In this document: piece by piece, positions 1 to 12,030 of the stretch
Layout of the letters: each line of letters starts with the position of its first letter
Position numbering within the stretch: the first letter of the stretch is position 1
Assembly: GCF_001194135.2 (NCBI RefSeq)
Contig: NC_068985.1
Coordinates: 26,963,940-27,027,939 of the forward strand
Origin: Octopus bimaculoides
Taxonomy: Eukaryota
DNA: 64,000 bases
Direction: 5' to 3'
Position numbers and translations under genes: made by a program
Notes under the pieces: generated by a model
Databases searched by the model: none
Told to the model about the DNA's origin: nothing
What the model saw: the letters and a program-made list of their open reading frames with translations, nothing else

Positions 1-258
1 CCGTTGACAGGCCTCTGGTAGTTATAGTGTTAAACACTTTCGGTATGCAAATTAGGGACTCCTTCATAGAGTAACTGCTGCATTTGTTGAGTACATAAGC
101 AGTTTGGCTGATTGTTTCTCTAGAGATTGTCAAATTGATGTGGACGCCTTTGATGAGAACCTAATAAGGTTCAAAGATCGATTAAGGGTTCATTTTTTTT
201 TCAGTCTGCGGAGAAATGGCTAAAAATTTTCCCTGCTTATAATTATACCATATGTGAC

Positions 259-296
<38 letters not shown>
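259..296. repeat. (TA)n microsatellite
   Basis: Directly visible dinucleotide run. Confidence 0.95.
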
Positions 297-300
<4 letters not shown>

Positions 301-399
301 CCCCAACACACACGCTTGTATATGTTTGTACCCATTTAGATATGTATATATGTGTACATACTTATAGGCTCTGTGTATGTGTCACGAGTTCTGCTGGTA

Positions 400-960
400 A
401 CGTGTAGCCTGGTACAACCGGCTGTATGGCTGGGTTATCGGCAACTAAGCCAGTTCCTTCATCAGATTTACCTGGTGAGGAGGGTTGCAAGAAGTTCGTC
501 GAGACAAAACAACATCAGCCAAAATATGTATGACCCCCAACGTAAGGTAAACGATTATCTATCGATTGCGTAGGGACACAGAAAAACGCATGGTGAAAGA
601 ACACCATGATGACTTCTTAGTTCCCCGATGGTGTTTGTCCCCGTCTATGTTTAGCCCCTCGTGGGTAATAAAAAATATGACTTCTTAGTTCTTCTTAGAA
701 CATCTGTGTAGGAGACGGATACTCTGATGTAAAGTCTAAGCGTTGTGAAGCCTGAGTGTTGTTCATCCCAACGTATGCTGGGCCAGCGAGAGAAAAGCTG
801 TGTCATTTGAAAAGTGAGTGCAGTTCAGTAGACACTCCATTACGTATAATCGATTTCACAATGGGAAAACAGAAACGTCAACTTTGCAGTTTATGTTGCA
901 AGCTGCTGGCTGGACGAAAGAGCCATCTCAGAAGTCACCAGCGACAAGTAAATAATGCTG
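400..960 (+). mobile_element. Very degenerate RTE-like LINE 3' end with C2H2-like motif
   Basis: Broken frames give RLxWLGY (about 418-440) and CSLCCKLLAGRKSHLRSHQR (about 885-945), resembling the RTE ORF2 C-terminus. Weak similarity. Confidence 0.3.
609..691 (+). mobile_element. 5'-truncated SINE family A tail (53 bp) with 15-bp target-site duplication
   Basis: atgacttcttagttc at 609-623 and 677-691 flanks tgtttgtccccgtctatgtttagcccc...aataaaaaat. The same tail occurs at 57225-57256. Confidence 0.8.
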
Positions 961-1037
961 AGAGGCGCTATCAATGTCCAGGAAACGGTCGTGCTTGGAC
1001 ACAAGCTTACTTTCATTGTGTGTATGTGTATATACCA

Positions 1038-1057
1038 GTCTCTCTGTACGTATGTAA

Positions 1058-1132
<75 letters not shown>
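1038..1132. repeat. (TG)n microsatellite
   Basis: Visible run. It explains the CVCV/HTHT ORFs. Confidence 0.95.
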
Positions 1133-1136
<4 letters not shown>

Positions 1137-2669
1137 CGAGAAATAACATATGAAATAGAGAAAAAATAGTGAAAGCGTAGCAACACGAAGCTTGATAAGT
1201 GGGACGTGATTTGTGTAAATGACATACGATATTAGAAACATGCGAAATATCGAGAAATTGATAAGTGTCCGAAAAAATCAGAGAAAGATAAAGAGATTAT
1301 CCAGAAAAAATAGGGTTTCTTCGTTTGCGTTTTATTTTTGTTTTTGCTGTTCATTTTTGTTTAAAAAAATAACATTTGATTCTCATTCCTTTCAAGAATT
1401 ATATAAAAAAACTTTTGGCGATAATTGTTTTATCTTATTGTAGTCTTAAAATACATTTAACGTATCCATTGCTATATACAATTACTAGCTATGACAATTT
1501 GTATTGTGTGTATGTGTGCGTATGTGAAAGTAAGTACGTGACATAAACCTAATATGATCTAGAAATGAAAATGGAATCAGATTTTCAAAATGTTTCATAA
1601 CTATTAACGAACAGTTTCAATAACCACTACATATTTTTTACTCCTTCGTCGAGCCACGGAAAAGGTACTTGTCCAAGATGTCACTCTGTGTTATCGAATT
1701 TGGGGATCTCATCGCTACGAGACAAACATTTTAGCCACTCACCCATGTCTACCGTAGTCCTATATAAACTGTCTGAAATAAAAGACCCTTGTTGCTCGAA
1801 CGTAGAGAAATCGCCAAGTACCAGTGGTCTATTTGATTAAGATTGTTGTGTGACAACATAGATTACTCTAGACGGCTAGCGGCTCTTGATCTGAGGTTGA
1901 ATTCACCAGGAAAATTGGCGAGATATTATCTGATGAGAGAAACGCAATATGACTCATATAAACTTGGGATAGCCCTGGCTAAAGTTGAATTCGTTCGGTT
2001 GTTTATTACTGTCAGCCCCTAATTTCTAGAATCTTCGGCCAGACTGTTTGGCACGAAAACTTGCTGCATTAGTTCGGTTTGTTTCATAAGCCATTGCAAG
2101 TTAGCTAGGGCCATATTCATGTAGGCGTTAATACCTTCAATGGCAACGCTTCTCCTTTTATGGAAATACATTACTCCGTGTCTCTACACTGGGAAAATCT
2201 GAGAGTTCTAGTTCAAATCAGTCAGTGTCTCTCTATATGCCATTTCGTTTTTTAAGATGATAGACGACAGTAAGAAGAAAATTCGACTTCAATTTCTAGC
2301 ATGCTCCACGTAAAGGATTCCACCACTAACTCGACGAAGTCCGTAAAAACCGAACGTGCGACCCAGTTTCAATTTCGATGAGGAATTCATTTAGATAAGT
2401 TATTAAAGCCCCCTCCCCTCCAAACAGCGGTAGCATTACAAGAACTTCACATATGGTGCTCATACTTATGCAGTAACTTGTGTTTATAAAGGAAATTAAT
2501 ACAAACACGACAGATGTCACTTAGTACGACATAAGTGACTGTTTTTTTTTTTATTTCAGGTAGAAATAATTACATTCTATTTGTCAACTTGAACGAGTAC
2601 AATCTTTTTTCTTTAGTTTTATAATCTTTAGCCGTTACGGCTACGACCATGCTAGAGCACTGCCTTCAG

Positions 2670-2734
<65 letters not shown>

Positions 2735-3410
2735 NNNNNNNNNNNNNNNNNNNNNNNNNNNNNNNNNNNNNNNNNNNNNNNNNNNNNNNNNNNNNNNNNN
2801 NNNNNNNNNNNNNNNNNNNNNNNNNNNNNNNNNNNNNNNNNNNNNNNNNNNNNNNNNNNNNNNNNNNNNNNNNNNNNNNNNNNNNNNNNNNNNNNNNNNN
2901 NNNNNNNNNNNNNNNNNNNNNNNNNNNNNNNNNNNNNNNNNNNNNNNNNNNNNNNNNNNNNNNNNNNNNNNNNNNNNNNNNNNNNNNNNNNNNNNNNNNN
3001 NNNNNNNNNNNNNNNNNNNNNNNNNNNNNNNNNNNNNNNNNNNNNNNNNNNNNNNNNNNNNNNNNNNNNNNNNNNNNNNNNNNNNNNNNNNNNNNNNNNN
3101 NNNNNNNNNNNNNNNNNNNNNNNNNNNNNNNNNNNNNNNNNNNNNNNNNNNNNNNNNNNNNNNNNNNNNNNNNNNNNNNNNNNNNNNNNNNNNNNNNNNN
3201 NNNNNNNNNNNNNNNNNNNNNNNNNNNAAAGTCATTATACATGATATAATAAGAAAGGAAACAGCGTAAAGGTGAATTAATGGCGGGAAAATACAAAACA
3301 ACTGGCGGGCATATGTCGAATCGCAACAGTCCGATTGTAATACAAATTAATATAAATTCTAATGGAAAAAATTTGTTAAGTCTGATTTGAATATTAATAT
3401 TTGTATGTGA

Positions 3411-3628
3411 AGGTGACGAGCTGTCAGAATCGTTATCACACCGGGCAAAATGCTGAACGGCATTTCGTCCGTTGTTATGTCCTGAGTTCAAATTCCACCG
3501 GGCTCGACTTTGTCTTTCATCCGTTCAGGGTCGATAAAATAAGTACCAGCTGAACACTGAGGACAATGTAACCGACTTAGCCCTTTCCCCGAAACTGCTG
3601 GCCTTGTACCACAATTTGAAACCAATAT
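3411..3628 (+). mobile_element. tRNA-derived SINE family A
   Basis: ggtgacgagctgtcagaatcgtta ... gagttcaaattcc (box B-like) ... ctttcatcc...tcgataaaataagtacc ... gccttgt..aatttgaaacc. More than 12 homologous copies occur in the window. Confidence 0.85.
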
Positions 3629-5825
3629 TAACATTTGTGTAGAAGGTAAGGAGTAAGGGAAAATAACTTGATTATACTGAGATTGTATTTTACTCTGTTC
3701 GAACGGGAATGCGCGCACACGCACATACACCACGTTCGCGCGCACAAATATGTATGCGTGTGTGTGTGTATCTGTGTATCGATAGAGCATACTATTCTGA
3801 AGGTATTTTTCATTACCTTTCTAAGACAGTTATTCTCATTATAGTGTCCCTTGCTGGCTGATTTTATACCAGCCATTCTTGATGTGAACAACTGCGATAT
3901 AATTTTTGTTGCTAAACTAGTAACAGTCTTTAATTCAACAGCTGCTGTTGAGGCGAACAGTCAACGAAACATCTACATGCCCGGTATATTAAAAGGTTCA
4001 TTCTTCCTGTTTGTTTCATTTATTTGGACATTAATTCATAGCATCGGCTACCTACTGAGCTGTTGTGCACTCTCAGTGATCAAGTAGGTTATATTTGTTC
4101 ACTAAGAGTTCATAACGGCTCAACTAAATTATACAGCCTAGATTACTGTACATCTGTCTAAGATATAATTATTCTTGTCATATGCTTGGCAATAACTATA
4201 ATGTGGATAAGAGTCCATGGTAGACCCAATTCATGAATTAGTTTCAGTTTAAGCAGTTTTACTTTACATTCCTAGTCTCTTGAAAAATGCCACATCATTC
4301 CAGTCCCTATATAAATTTAAAACTTTCATCCTAGTCAAGAAATTCGACTTTACATGAAGTAAGAGTGACAGTCAGCAGAAAATTTAGAGTATCATACTAA
4401 ACAATTTACTGAATCGTAATATAAAATCTTGCTGGAATTTAAATAAGAAACATCATCACCAGCTGTGCACGACTATATCTCCTTATTGCAAGTATGTGAC
4501 TTTCCGCTTCATAAAAGAAATCCACATATATTGATGAAACTGAACAAGAATAAATTGCGTAATGTGTGATTGTGTAATGTGTATGTCTTCACGCTAGGGA
4601 AGTTGTATCAGCACGAGAGAGTTTCATGGTTTAATAAGAGGATGAGGGATAGAGACCATGACTCTCTTGAGGGTTTCCAAAACAAATATGAAGAAGGCAG
4701 CATTTTATCCTACAGTCGAAGACCTGGCCCAAATGTAGGAACGGATCCGTTAAAGGCCACAAAAGGACAAGATGGAAGCGGTGTTAAATCAAGGACAGAT
4801 ATCGTTCAGACATGTGAAAATTGTTACAACATATGAAGGTTGGCCTGGATGTGTTTTACTGGATTTATTTCATTACAATACTTCATTATGCTGAGTTTAA
4901 ATATTAACAAGATGAAATTTGCTGAGGTCAAATGAAATATGTACCAGTGAAGATAATCGGTTCAAAGAGTTCAGTGTGCAATAGTCATCACCACTGATAT
5001 TGTGCATAGTAAAAAGATACCAATATTAGTCAATATTTGTCACCTTATTTTGGGGTAGTTGACCTCTTCAAGGCAACCTTCTCAAATAGTCACAGTTGCC
5101 AGTACCATAACTACCATGTCGGCTCTGTGTTGTTGTCATCACGAAACTCAAGGGAAGTAAAGACATTATGCAACTGTTACGTAAATAAGCACGTTTTAGT
5201 GACTCAATATCATGTTATTAGATATATACTATTACAAATTTCCTGACGAGAAAGAGTAAAAGAAACCGAAAGAAAATGAGAGAGAGAGAGAGAGAGTTGG
5301 GTGTATGAGGAAAACGGTAGATGATCCACGCTTGCTTTAAATTGCTTCTCTCAACCGTACGCAATCGTTCGCCAGGAGTATCACATTCTTCATTATATCA
5401 ATTCAGGTTTTGTTTACTTCGAATTACACAAACATTAACGAAACAGTTAGTGGGGGTCTCTTGTTTGTTGACGCTGTGCACAACAAAAGGTCAGAGGGAA
5501 CTGACATTAACCAACAAAAGTAGACATCTGACAAGGGCTGCAACATGAAACTAAAACACAACTCCACCTTCAACAACCATTCGTCTCATCAGGCATTTAT
5601 TTTGCAATGCCAACAATGATCAAACTCGCCATTAGTTTAGATATACTAGCGAAAATTATGTGGCATGTAATAATATGGCAGTAGTGATTGTGCAAAGTAT
5701 TGGCGGTGGTGGTGAGTTACTGAGTACCACGTGTTTGTGACTGTAAACCGATCCAAAGGACAATTTAGGATGACTTACTTAACCTTACACCACTATTATA
5801 GCTATTAGGTAGATAGAGAGACAAA

Positions 5826-5826
5826 G

Positions 5827-5893
<67 letters not shown>
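5826..5893. repeat. (GATA)n tetranucleotide repeat
   Basis: Visible run. Confidence 0.95.
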
Positions 5894-5894
<1 letters not shown>

Positions 5895-6043
5895 CATAGG
5901 CCACTTAAATATCGGTCGAAAAAACAGTTGAATAATGTTATCTCTCAGAATATGCGCTGGAGCGTTGGATCAAATGACACACACACACACACATTTATAT
6001 ATGATGGATTCTCTTGTCGTGAGGGGTTCAGTAAGATAAAGTG

Positions 6044-6420
6044 TTAATCATGTTCTGTGGACACGAGTGTGTCTCTTGAGACCTGCTGGTGCCTGCAAAA
6101 CCTTTTGGCAAATGGAACAAGTTGAGGACTCAGTTTGCCTGAGTGCTTGTCGATCATTGACAATGTGTTTTCTTGAGTAGACGGCAAGATTTGTTTTGCT
6201 TTGTGCCCAAAAACCACAACGACCGGTAAGGTTTCCATTAAGAGGAGCAGCGTTTTGCCAGCATGCCTTTTACGCTTGCACGAAGTTCGTCCCGATGCTG
6301 GTGGCGACTTTGCTCAAATCTTTCAACTAGGAAGCAGAACAGGTACCAGGTCATGCGTTCTGACGCTTTGTTTTCCCAGAAAGAAAATGGAATGTTGCAT
6401 CGCTTCAGATACTTTTACGC
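6044..6420 (-). mobile_element. RTE-clade LINE ORF2 C-terminal fragment with zinc fingers
   Basis: Minus strand reads KYLKRCNIPFSFWENKASERMTW..VERFEQSRHQHRDELR, then CGFWAQSKTNLAVYSRKH and CSICQKVLQAPAGLKRHTRVH-stop (C-x2-C-x12-H-x3-H). Frameshifted. Confidence 0.75.
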
Positions 6421-6461
6421 TATTTGATTCCACGATCCAACGATCCAACTGCTTTGTAGAC

Positions 6462-6800
6462 TCTCTCTCTTTTACTCTTTTACTTGTTTCAGTCATTTGA
6501 CTGCGGCCATGCTGGAGCACCACCTTTAGTCGAGCAAATCGACCCCAGGACTTATTCTTTGGAAGCCTAGTACTTATTCTATCGGTCTCTTTGCCGAACC
6601 GCTACGTTACGGGGACGTAAACACACCAGCATCCATTGTCAAGCGATGTTGGGGGGACAAACAGACACACACACAAACATATACACACACATACACACAT
6701 ATACACATACATATATACGACGGGTTTCTTTCAGTTTCCGTCTACCAAATCCACTTACAAGGCTTTGATCGGCCCGAGGCTATAGTAGAAGACACTTGGC
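6462..6800 (-). mobile_element. SINE family B (tail, internal microsatellite, partial head)
   Basis: tttactcttttacttgtttcagtcatttgactgcggccatgctggagc ... (CA/TA)n ... cgacgggtttctttcagtttccgtctaccaaatcc. Many copies occur in the window. Confidence 0.9.
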
Positions 6801-6918
6801 CAGATTTTATATATTATAATTGTTGATTAATTGCGTCGTCAGGAATTTTCCAATACAAATTTGTAGTTTTACATTAAAATGCTAATCTCGCCATAATATT
6901 GTGTGTGTATGTTTGAGT

Positions 6919-6954
<36 letters not shown>

Positions 6955-7279
6955 GCGTGAGCGTGTATATGTGTATGTTCGTTTATGAACGTAGGTTTGT
7001 GCTTTGAACAAAACGACAGCTCAGTCGAAATTATACAAAAGGGTATTCATAATTTATTACCATACTGAGAGGAACACACATACACTCACTTTGCTTTTAA
7101 TTTTCCCTCTTTCTCTCTCCCTCGCCTTCTCTCTGTACGAATGCGCGCGCGCGAGTGTGTGTATATATGTGTATGTATATATATATATATATATATGTAT
7201 ATACGTATATATATGTATTTATATGTATGTATATGTATGTATATGTATCTATATATATGCATGTATGTATATATTTATA

Positions 7280-8528
7280 TTGGGTTGGCAAGAAAGTCAT
7301 TTCGGTCTTTTAGTGTGAAATAAAAGTAATGTTTTTCATACAAAGAATGAACTTAAATCAATTATATATTTTCCATTTTGTTCGATGACCTTTTGCCATC
7401 TTTCTGGCAACTTCACGATTCCGCGTTCATAGATCTTCTGGTTTTTATCAGCCAAAAACTGGAGCAAGTGCAATTTCAGGTCATCATCGTTATTGAAAGT
7501 TTGACCATTCAAAGAATTTTGCAAACTTCGAAATAAATGGTAATCTAATGGTACAAGGTCATGGCTATATGGTGGATGTAACATCACTTCCAAACCAAGC
7601 TCCAATAAGTTTTCATGGATTAGCAAAGACGTGTGTGGTCTAGTGTTGTCATAGTGGAACACGATTCCTTTACGATTTGCCAATTCTGGCCGTTTTTCTT
7701 TGATTGCTTCCTCCTGTTTCATTAGTTGTTGACAGTAAACACCTGAATTGATCGTTTGGTTCCTTGGAAGCAGATCAAAATACACAACACCTTTGTAATC
7801 CCACCAAATTGACAGCAAGGCCTTCTTTTGATGCAATTCAGCTTTCGATGTGGTTTATGCTGGTTCATTACGCTTGGATCATGATCGTTTTCAATATATG
7901 TTATTGTAGACAATCCATTTTTCATCAAAGGTGATGATTTGTTTCAAAAAATGATCGATTTCATTCCGTTTGAGATGCATATCGCAAATGTTGATTCGTT
8001 GTACTAAGTGAATCTCTTTCAATTTATGCGGAACACAAAAATCGAGCTTCTTAACGAGTGCAAGACATTTTAAGTGATTTTCAATTGTTGTGTGTGTGAT
8101 TCATTTAACCCCTCTGCAATCTCTCGCACGTTATATGACAATCAGATTCAATTATGGCTTTGATTCGGTCATCATCAACTTCAATTGGTCGACTAGAAGC
8201 GTTGGTCAACTTGAGTGAAAAATCTCCAGAACGGAATTTTTAAAACCATTTCTTATATGTGCGTTCTGTTAAGCAATCAACACCATAAATTTCACATATC
8301 TCTTTGTGAGCCTCAGCAGTTTTCTTGCCTTTACGAAAAAAAAAAATATATATAGCGAAAATGTTGGTTTTTGCGCTCCATGTTAAAATTGACACTGAAC
8401 TAACAGCTTTAAACAAATTTACGCGCAATTTGCTTCTAAAGTAAGCTAAAAGTAACGGCTATCAAATGTAAAAAGGAATAAAAATCATAATATTGATAAA
8501 AAACGAAATTACATTTTTTCCAACCCAA
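7280..8528 (-). mobile_element. Full-length (1249 bp) mariner DD34D DNA transposon, inactivated transposase
   Basis: Imperfect TIRs ttgggttggcaagaaagtcatttcg and cgaaattacattttttccaacccaa, with TA on both sides. Motifs ITFDEKW, HYDNTRPH and YSHDLVPLDYHLF; 34 residues counted between D2 and D3. N-terminal HTH region FRKGKKTAEAHKEICEIYG. Stops and frameshifts present. Confidence 0.93.
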
Positions 8529-8529
8529 T

Positions 8530-8880
8530 ATGTATGCATGTATGTATGTATGTATATATGTATGTATGTATGTATATACACATATGCGTATGCGTGTACA
8601 TGTATGTATATAAGTATATATATGTATGCATGCATATATATACACACATATATATTACTAGACCCCCACACACACACACATATATATATACATACATGCA
8701 TAAGCATATATACATATATTATGTATATATGCATAAATATTCATATATATGCATAGTCTCGCTATGCCTTATCGAAATATTAAAATGTATATATGTATGT
8801 ATGTGTGTATGTATGTATGTATGTATGTATGTATGTATGTATGCATGTATGTATGTATGTATGTATTTATGTATGTATAT
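8530..8880. repeat. Compound (TATG)n/(TA)n/(CA)n microsatellite; a similar tract lies at 7150-7279
   Basis: Visible runs flanking the mariner. Confidence 0.9.
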
Positions 8881-8884
8881 ATAG

Positions 8885-9100
8885 ATAAGACTGTCAGAAA
8901 AATTCGTTCTTTTTATATCTAGTTTAGTTGTTTAAATTTTATTTTATTTTTATTTATTTATTTGTGTCATCTCTACTCTTCATCCGCAGCATTTGTTTAA
9001 TGTTTTTGAAAGTTTTATAAATTTTAACTCTTTGCAAACACATTACGTTGGAATGCCAAGTAGAAAGAAAAAAAACACGAATTTATTTAACAACCCAATA
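8885..9100. mobile_element. Possible mariner-derived MITE
   Basis: Right end cacgaatttatttaacaacccaata is a mariner-type TIR plus TA. Left end ctgtcagaaaaattcgttcttttt is a degenerate inverse. Confidence 0.4.
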
Positions 9101-9276
9101 TATGCTTTTATTACGGCTGTAGTAACTCTTCACAAACTGTTTCTCAGAGCTTCACTTTACTGTTAGTCGGTCAGTTGTGATCATACAAAACGTTGTGAAG
9201 ATTTTTGCAGCTTTAATAAAAACATGTTACTCTAACTTCGGTATTCGAGTAAGATATATATATATATATATACACA

Positions 9277-9443
9277 CATAATTAAGGGATCAGCAAATAT
9301 TTGCTTCACCACATACCGAAGTTCAGAAATAGCAGCTAAAAAAGCTGAGACTCCAACAGATAGCATTACAGATAGCTTTTTTAGCTGCTATTTCTGAACT
9401 TCGGTATGTGGTGAAGCAAATATTTGCTGATCCCTTAATTATG
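9277..9443. repeat. Perfect 70-bp inverted repeat with 27-nt spacer
   Basis: 9277-9346 is the exact reverse complement of 9374-9443 (checked base by base). Confidence 0.92.
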
Positions 9444-9859
9444 TTTATAAATATATATGAGCTTTTAAATAAGTTCTCCACCGATAATGGTGCTTACATA
9501 CCGAAGGGCTTGGTAAAAATGATTAATTGTTGATTTATTAATAAATTAATAAATTGATAATCCTTTACCCTTTTAATTTGTATATATATATATATAGGCG
9601 CAGGCGTGACTCTGTGGTAAGAAGTTTGCTTCACAACCACATGGTACCACATGGTATGTATGCGTTATGTACCTATTCTACATATTCATATACTTGTGTG
9701 TGGGTGCGTGTTTGTGTGTTTGAGTATGTATGTGTGTGTATGTATTTGTGCGTGTACCTCTGCTTCCTTGCGTGTGCGTGTTTGAGGGTGTCTATGCGTA
9801 TGAGTTTGTGTATGTATATCCGAGTTTGTACGATTGTGTATAGAACAATATATTAATCA

Positions 9860-10100
9860 ATGAAATTCCAACTTTTATTATTTACAATTTTTACAATCAT
9901 ACAATTTTACAATATTGAAATAAACTATTCATCAGATTTATGTAGTGACAGTCGTGTTCCACGATTGACAACTGTGACAATTGACACAGTTGTGAATCGT
10001 GGAACAAGACTGTTCCTACATAAACCTGATGATTGCGTAACGCATGAAAGTACTAGTGTATTGAAATAAACTAGTACTTTCATGCGTTACTAGTACTTTC
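9860..10100. mobile_element. Head-to-head inverted copies of a hammerhead-bearing repeat (Penelope pseudo-LTR-like)
   Basis: Hairpin 9929-10032 (about 48-bp arms, about 5 mismatches) and perfect 21-bp-arm hairpin 10037-10090. tattgaaataaacta is repeated at 9913 and 10059. Confidence 0.6.
10020..10061 (+). ncRNA. Minimal type I hammerhead ribozyme motif, near-intact
   Basis: ataaac CTGATGA t tgcg taa cgca t GAAA g ta c TA gtgtat. Core is intact, stem II has 4 bp, stem III is the palindrome AGTACT, and stem I has 5 of 6 bp. Confidence 0.75.
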
Positions 10101-10700
10101 TGAGAAGAAAGTAGGAAAGGAGATGAGAGTCCCAGAGAAGAGGACGTTCAGAAGATTTCTTGTACGTAATTCTATCTCACCAGGTGACTGAAACGACCTT
10201 CTGGAGATACTAGATGTTAAAAGACTCGATAGATTTAATATACCGTTTATATGTATAGTCCATGTCTCACACCCAACAAGAAGATTGAGAACACAAGCTG
10301 CTCGGTGGACAAGTATTTTGATATGTAGACTGAGATAGTCGTTTTGAATGAATCTCTTTCTGAGCCTTCCAAAGTCTTTCAACAGCCTATCTAAGGCAGT
10401 TCAGTATTTCCTAGTCCAATGTGCGATCATTGGAAATGATGCCACCTAGGTTACTGAATTGAAAGGTTGTGGGTAGCCAGCCATTGACAAATGACCTCAA
10501 TTTTCTGGACACTGGCTCTCAGATCCGTTCTTTCATACGCTGTATCTACTGGCTTGATGACAGCCAGAGAACAGTATACTGTAGTTAGCTGCAGTATGTC
10601 ATATTGTAGTTCAATGATCTATAAAGGTCTGAGCTTGGTAGCGACCTACTGCCTTCTGATGTTGAAGATTCCTGTCGAGACTTTTCAATATATTAAACAG
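10100..10700 (-). mobile_element. RTE-clade LINE RT / post-RT fragment
   Basis: Minus strand reads IFNIRR..ATKLRPL.IIELQY.. and FGRLRKRFIQNDYLSLHIKILVHRAACVLNLLVGCETWT, the RTE LLYGxETWT motif. Many stops. Confidence 0.8.
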
Positions 10701-10929
10701 TGCGTATAATGTGTGATATGAATAAAGTTAGGAGCTCTTTGATAATTAGTAGATATCATTTGAGGTACAACAGTTGAATGTCATTCAACTTTATAACACG
10801 TTTATCTACATAAATACATACAGAACATACTGATATACACGAACATAAATGCAAACATACACACATTATCGGAAAGTTGTATATGCAACACAAAGCGCAC
10901 ATTATTATGTGATTACAAATATATGTAAA

Positions 10930-11007
<78 letters not shown>

Positions 11008-11476
11008 TGTACATGTATGTATGCATATATATATATATGGTCAAAGCAAGAATAAATAAGGAGTTTGTAAAATGAAAAGGAAATTCTATATGACAAGGCA
11101 GAATCTAAGAAAGGAAATTGTTTATCTTTGATTATATAAACTGCATCAAGAATGCTGTGAATCTTTCCCGAGGGAGAAGGAGAAAATCGGGTTTACTATA
11201 TGTATTCCGGAAACATCTGAAATAATTTGGTCTTGATATTTCTAGTGAGAGATGAATCACTTTGAATTTCAAATATATGCTGAATTATTAAATTATTTGG
11301 TTAAATGCTGCTTGACAAGACTCATTAATGGATCGATATCATTATATTGTCTGTTTATCATATCCTTTCCCAAAGACCCAATGGCATGATAAGGACCACA
11401 TCCGGAACAGGATATCTGATGTACTATGACTGGTATTACAGCTCATTAAAATTGTACATTATAAAACATTTCGGCG

Positions 11477-11590
<114 letters not shown>

Positions 11591-11654
11591 GATGGATGAT
11601 GTGTCAGCAGAAATACACACAGATATATCTAACGAGTAGGTTAGTACGTAGTCT

Positions 11655-12030
11655 TTTGTACAGCTAGAAATAGCAGCTAATCACCCTCAAACCACAGCCT
11701 ACTGTTTCAGGAAAAGACATATCGCATTATGTTAGCCGAAGTACATTATTCCTGAAAAAGTGGAATGGTCATGGTTGGAATGCCTTTCAATTAGGACTAA
11801 TTTGGGATTAAATAGCAGTAACAACTTCAGGCTTTTGCTACGGACTCAGAAATCCTCCACAAACTACACCCTACTCTCTTAAAAGAAGGGCATATTGAAT
11901 CATGTAGTGTGCGGCTCGCTTTGCCTTAAAAGAACGAAAAAAAAGGTAGAATGGTAATGAGTGGAATGTCTTTGATTGTAGATCTATTCGACTAGGAAAA
12001 CTTGGGGCAAAATAACAGAAACAACAATTT
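11655..12030 (+). mobile_element. Two degenerate copies of interspersed repeat family E (SINE-like)
   Basis: ctagaaatagcagc...aaatc...cctact...ggaatggtcatggttggaatgccttt...gggg.taaa(caa). Related copies lie at 14470-14650, 22580-22680, 30130-30250(-), 36060-36600, 39640-39790, 58490-58700(-) and 58800-59050(-). Confidence 0.55.

Noticed and set aside
1922-1950. CTGATGA-GA-GAAACG hammerhead-like string
   Set aside because: There is no stem II (2 nt only), U16.1 is absent and stem I is only 3 bp, so it cannot be told from chance.
4570-4860. 88-aa ORF with faint RTE resemblance (RVSWF..RM..; RRPG)
   Set aside because: The similarity is too weak to call either a LINE fragment or a gene.
9937-10024. 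88-nt hairpin as a pre-miRNA
   Set aside because: It extends into, and is better explained by, the inverted hammerhead-repeat copies. There is no recognisable miRNA seed family.
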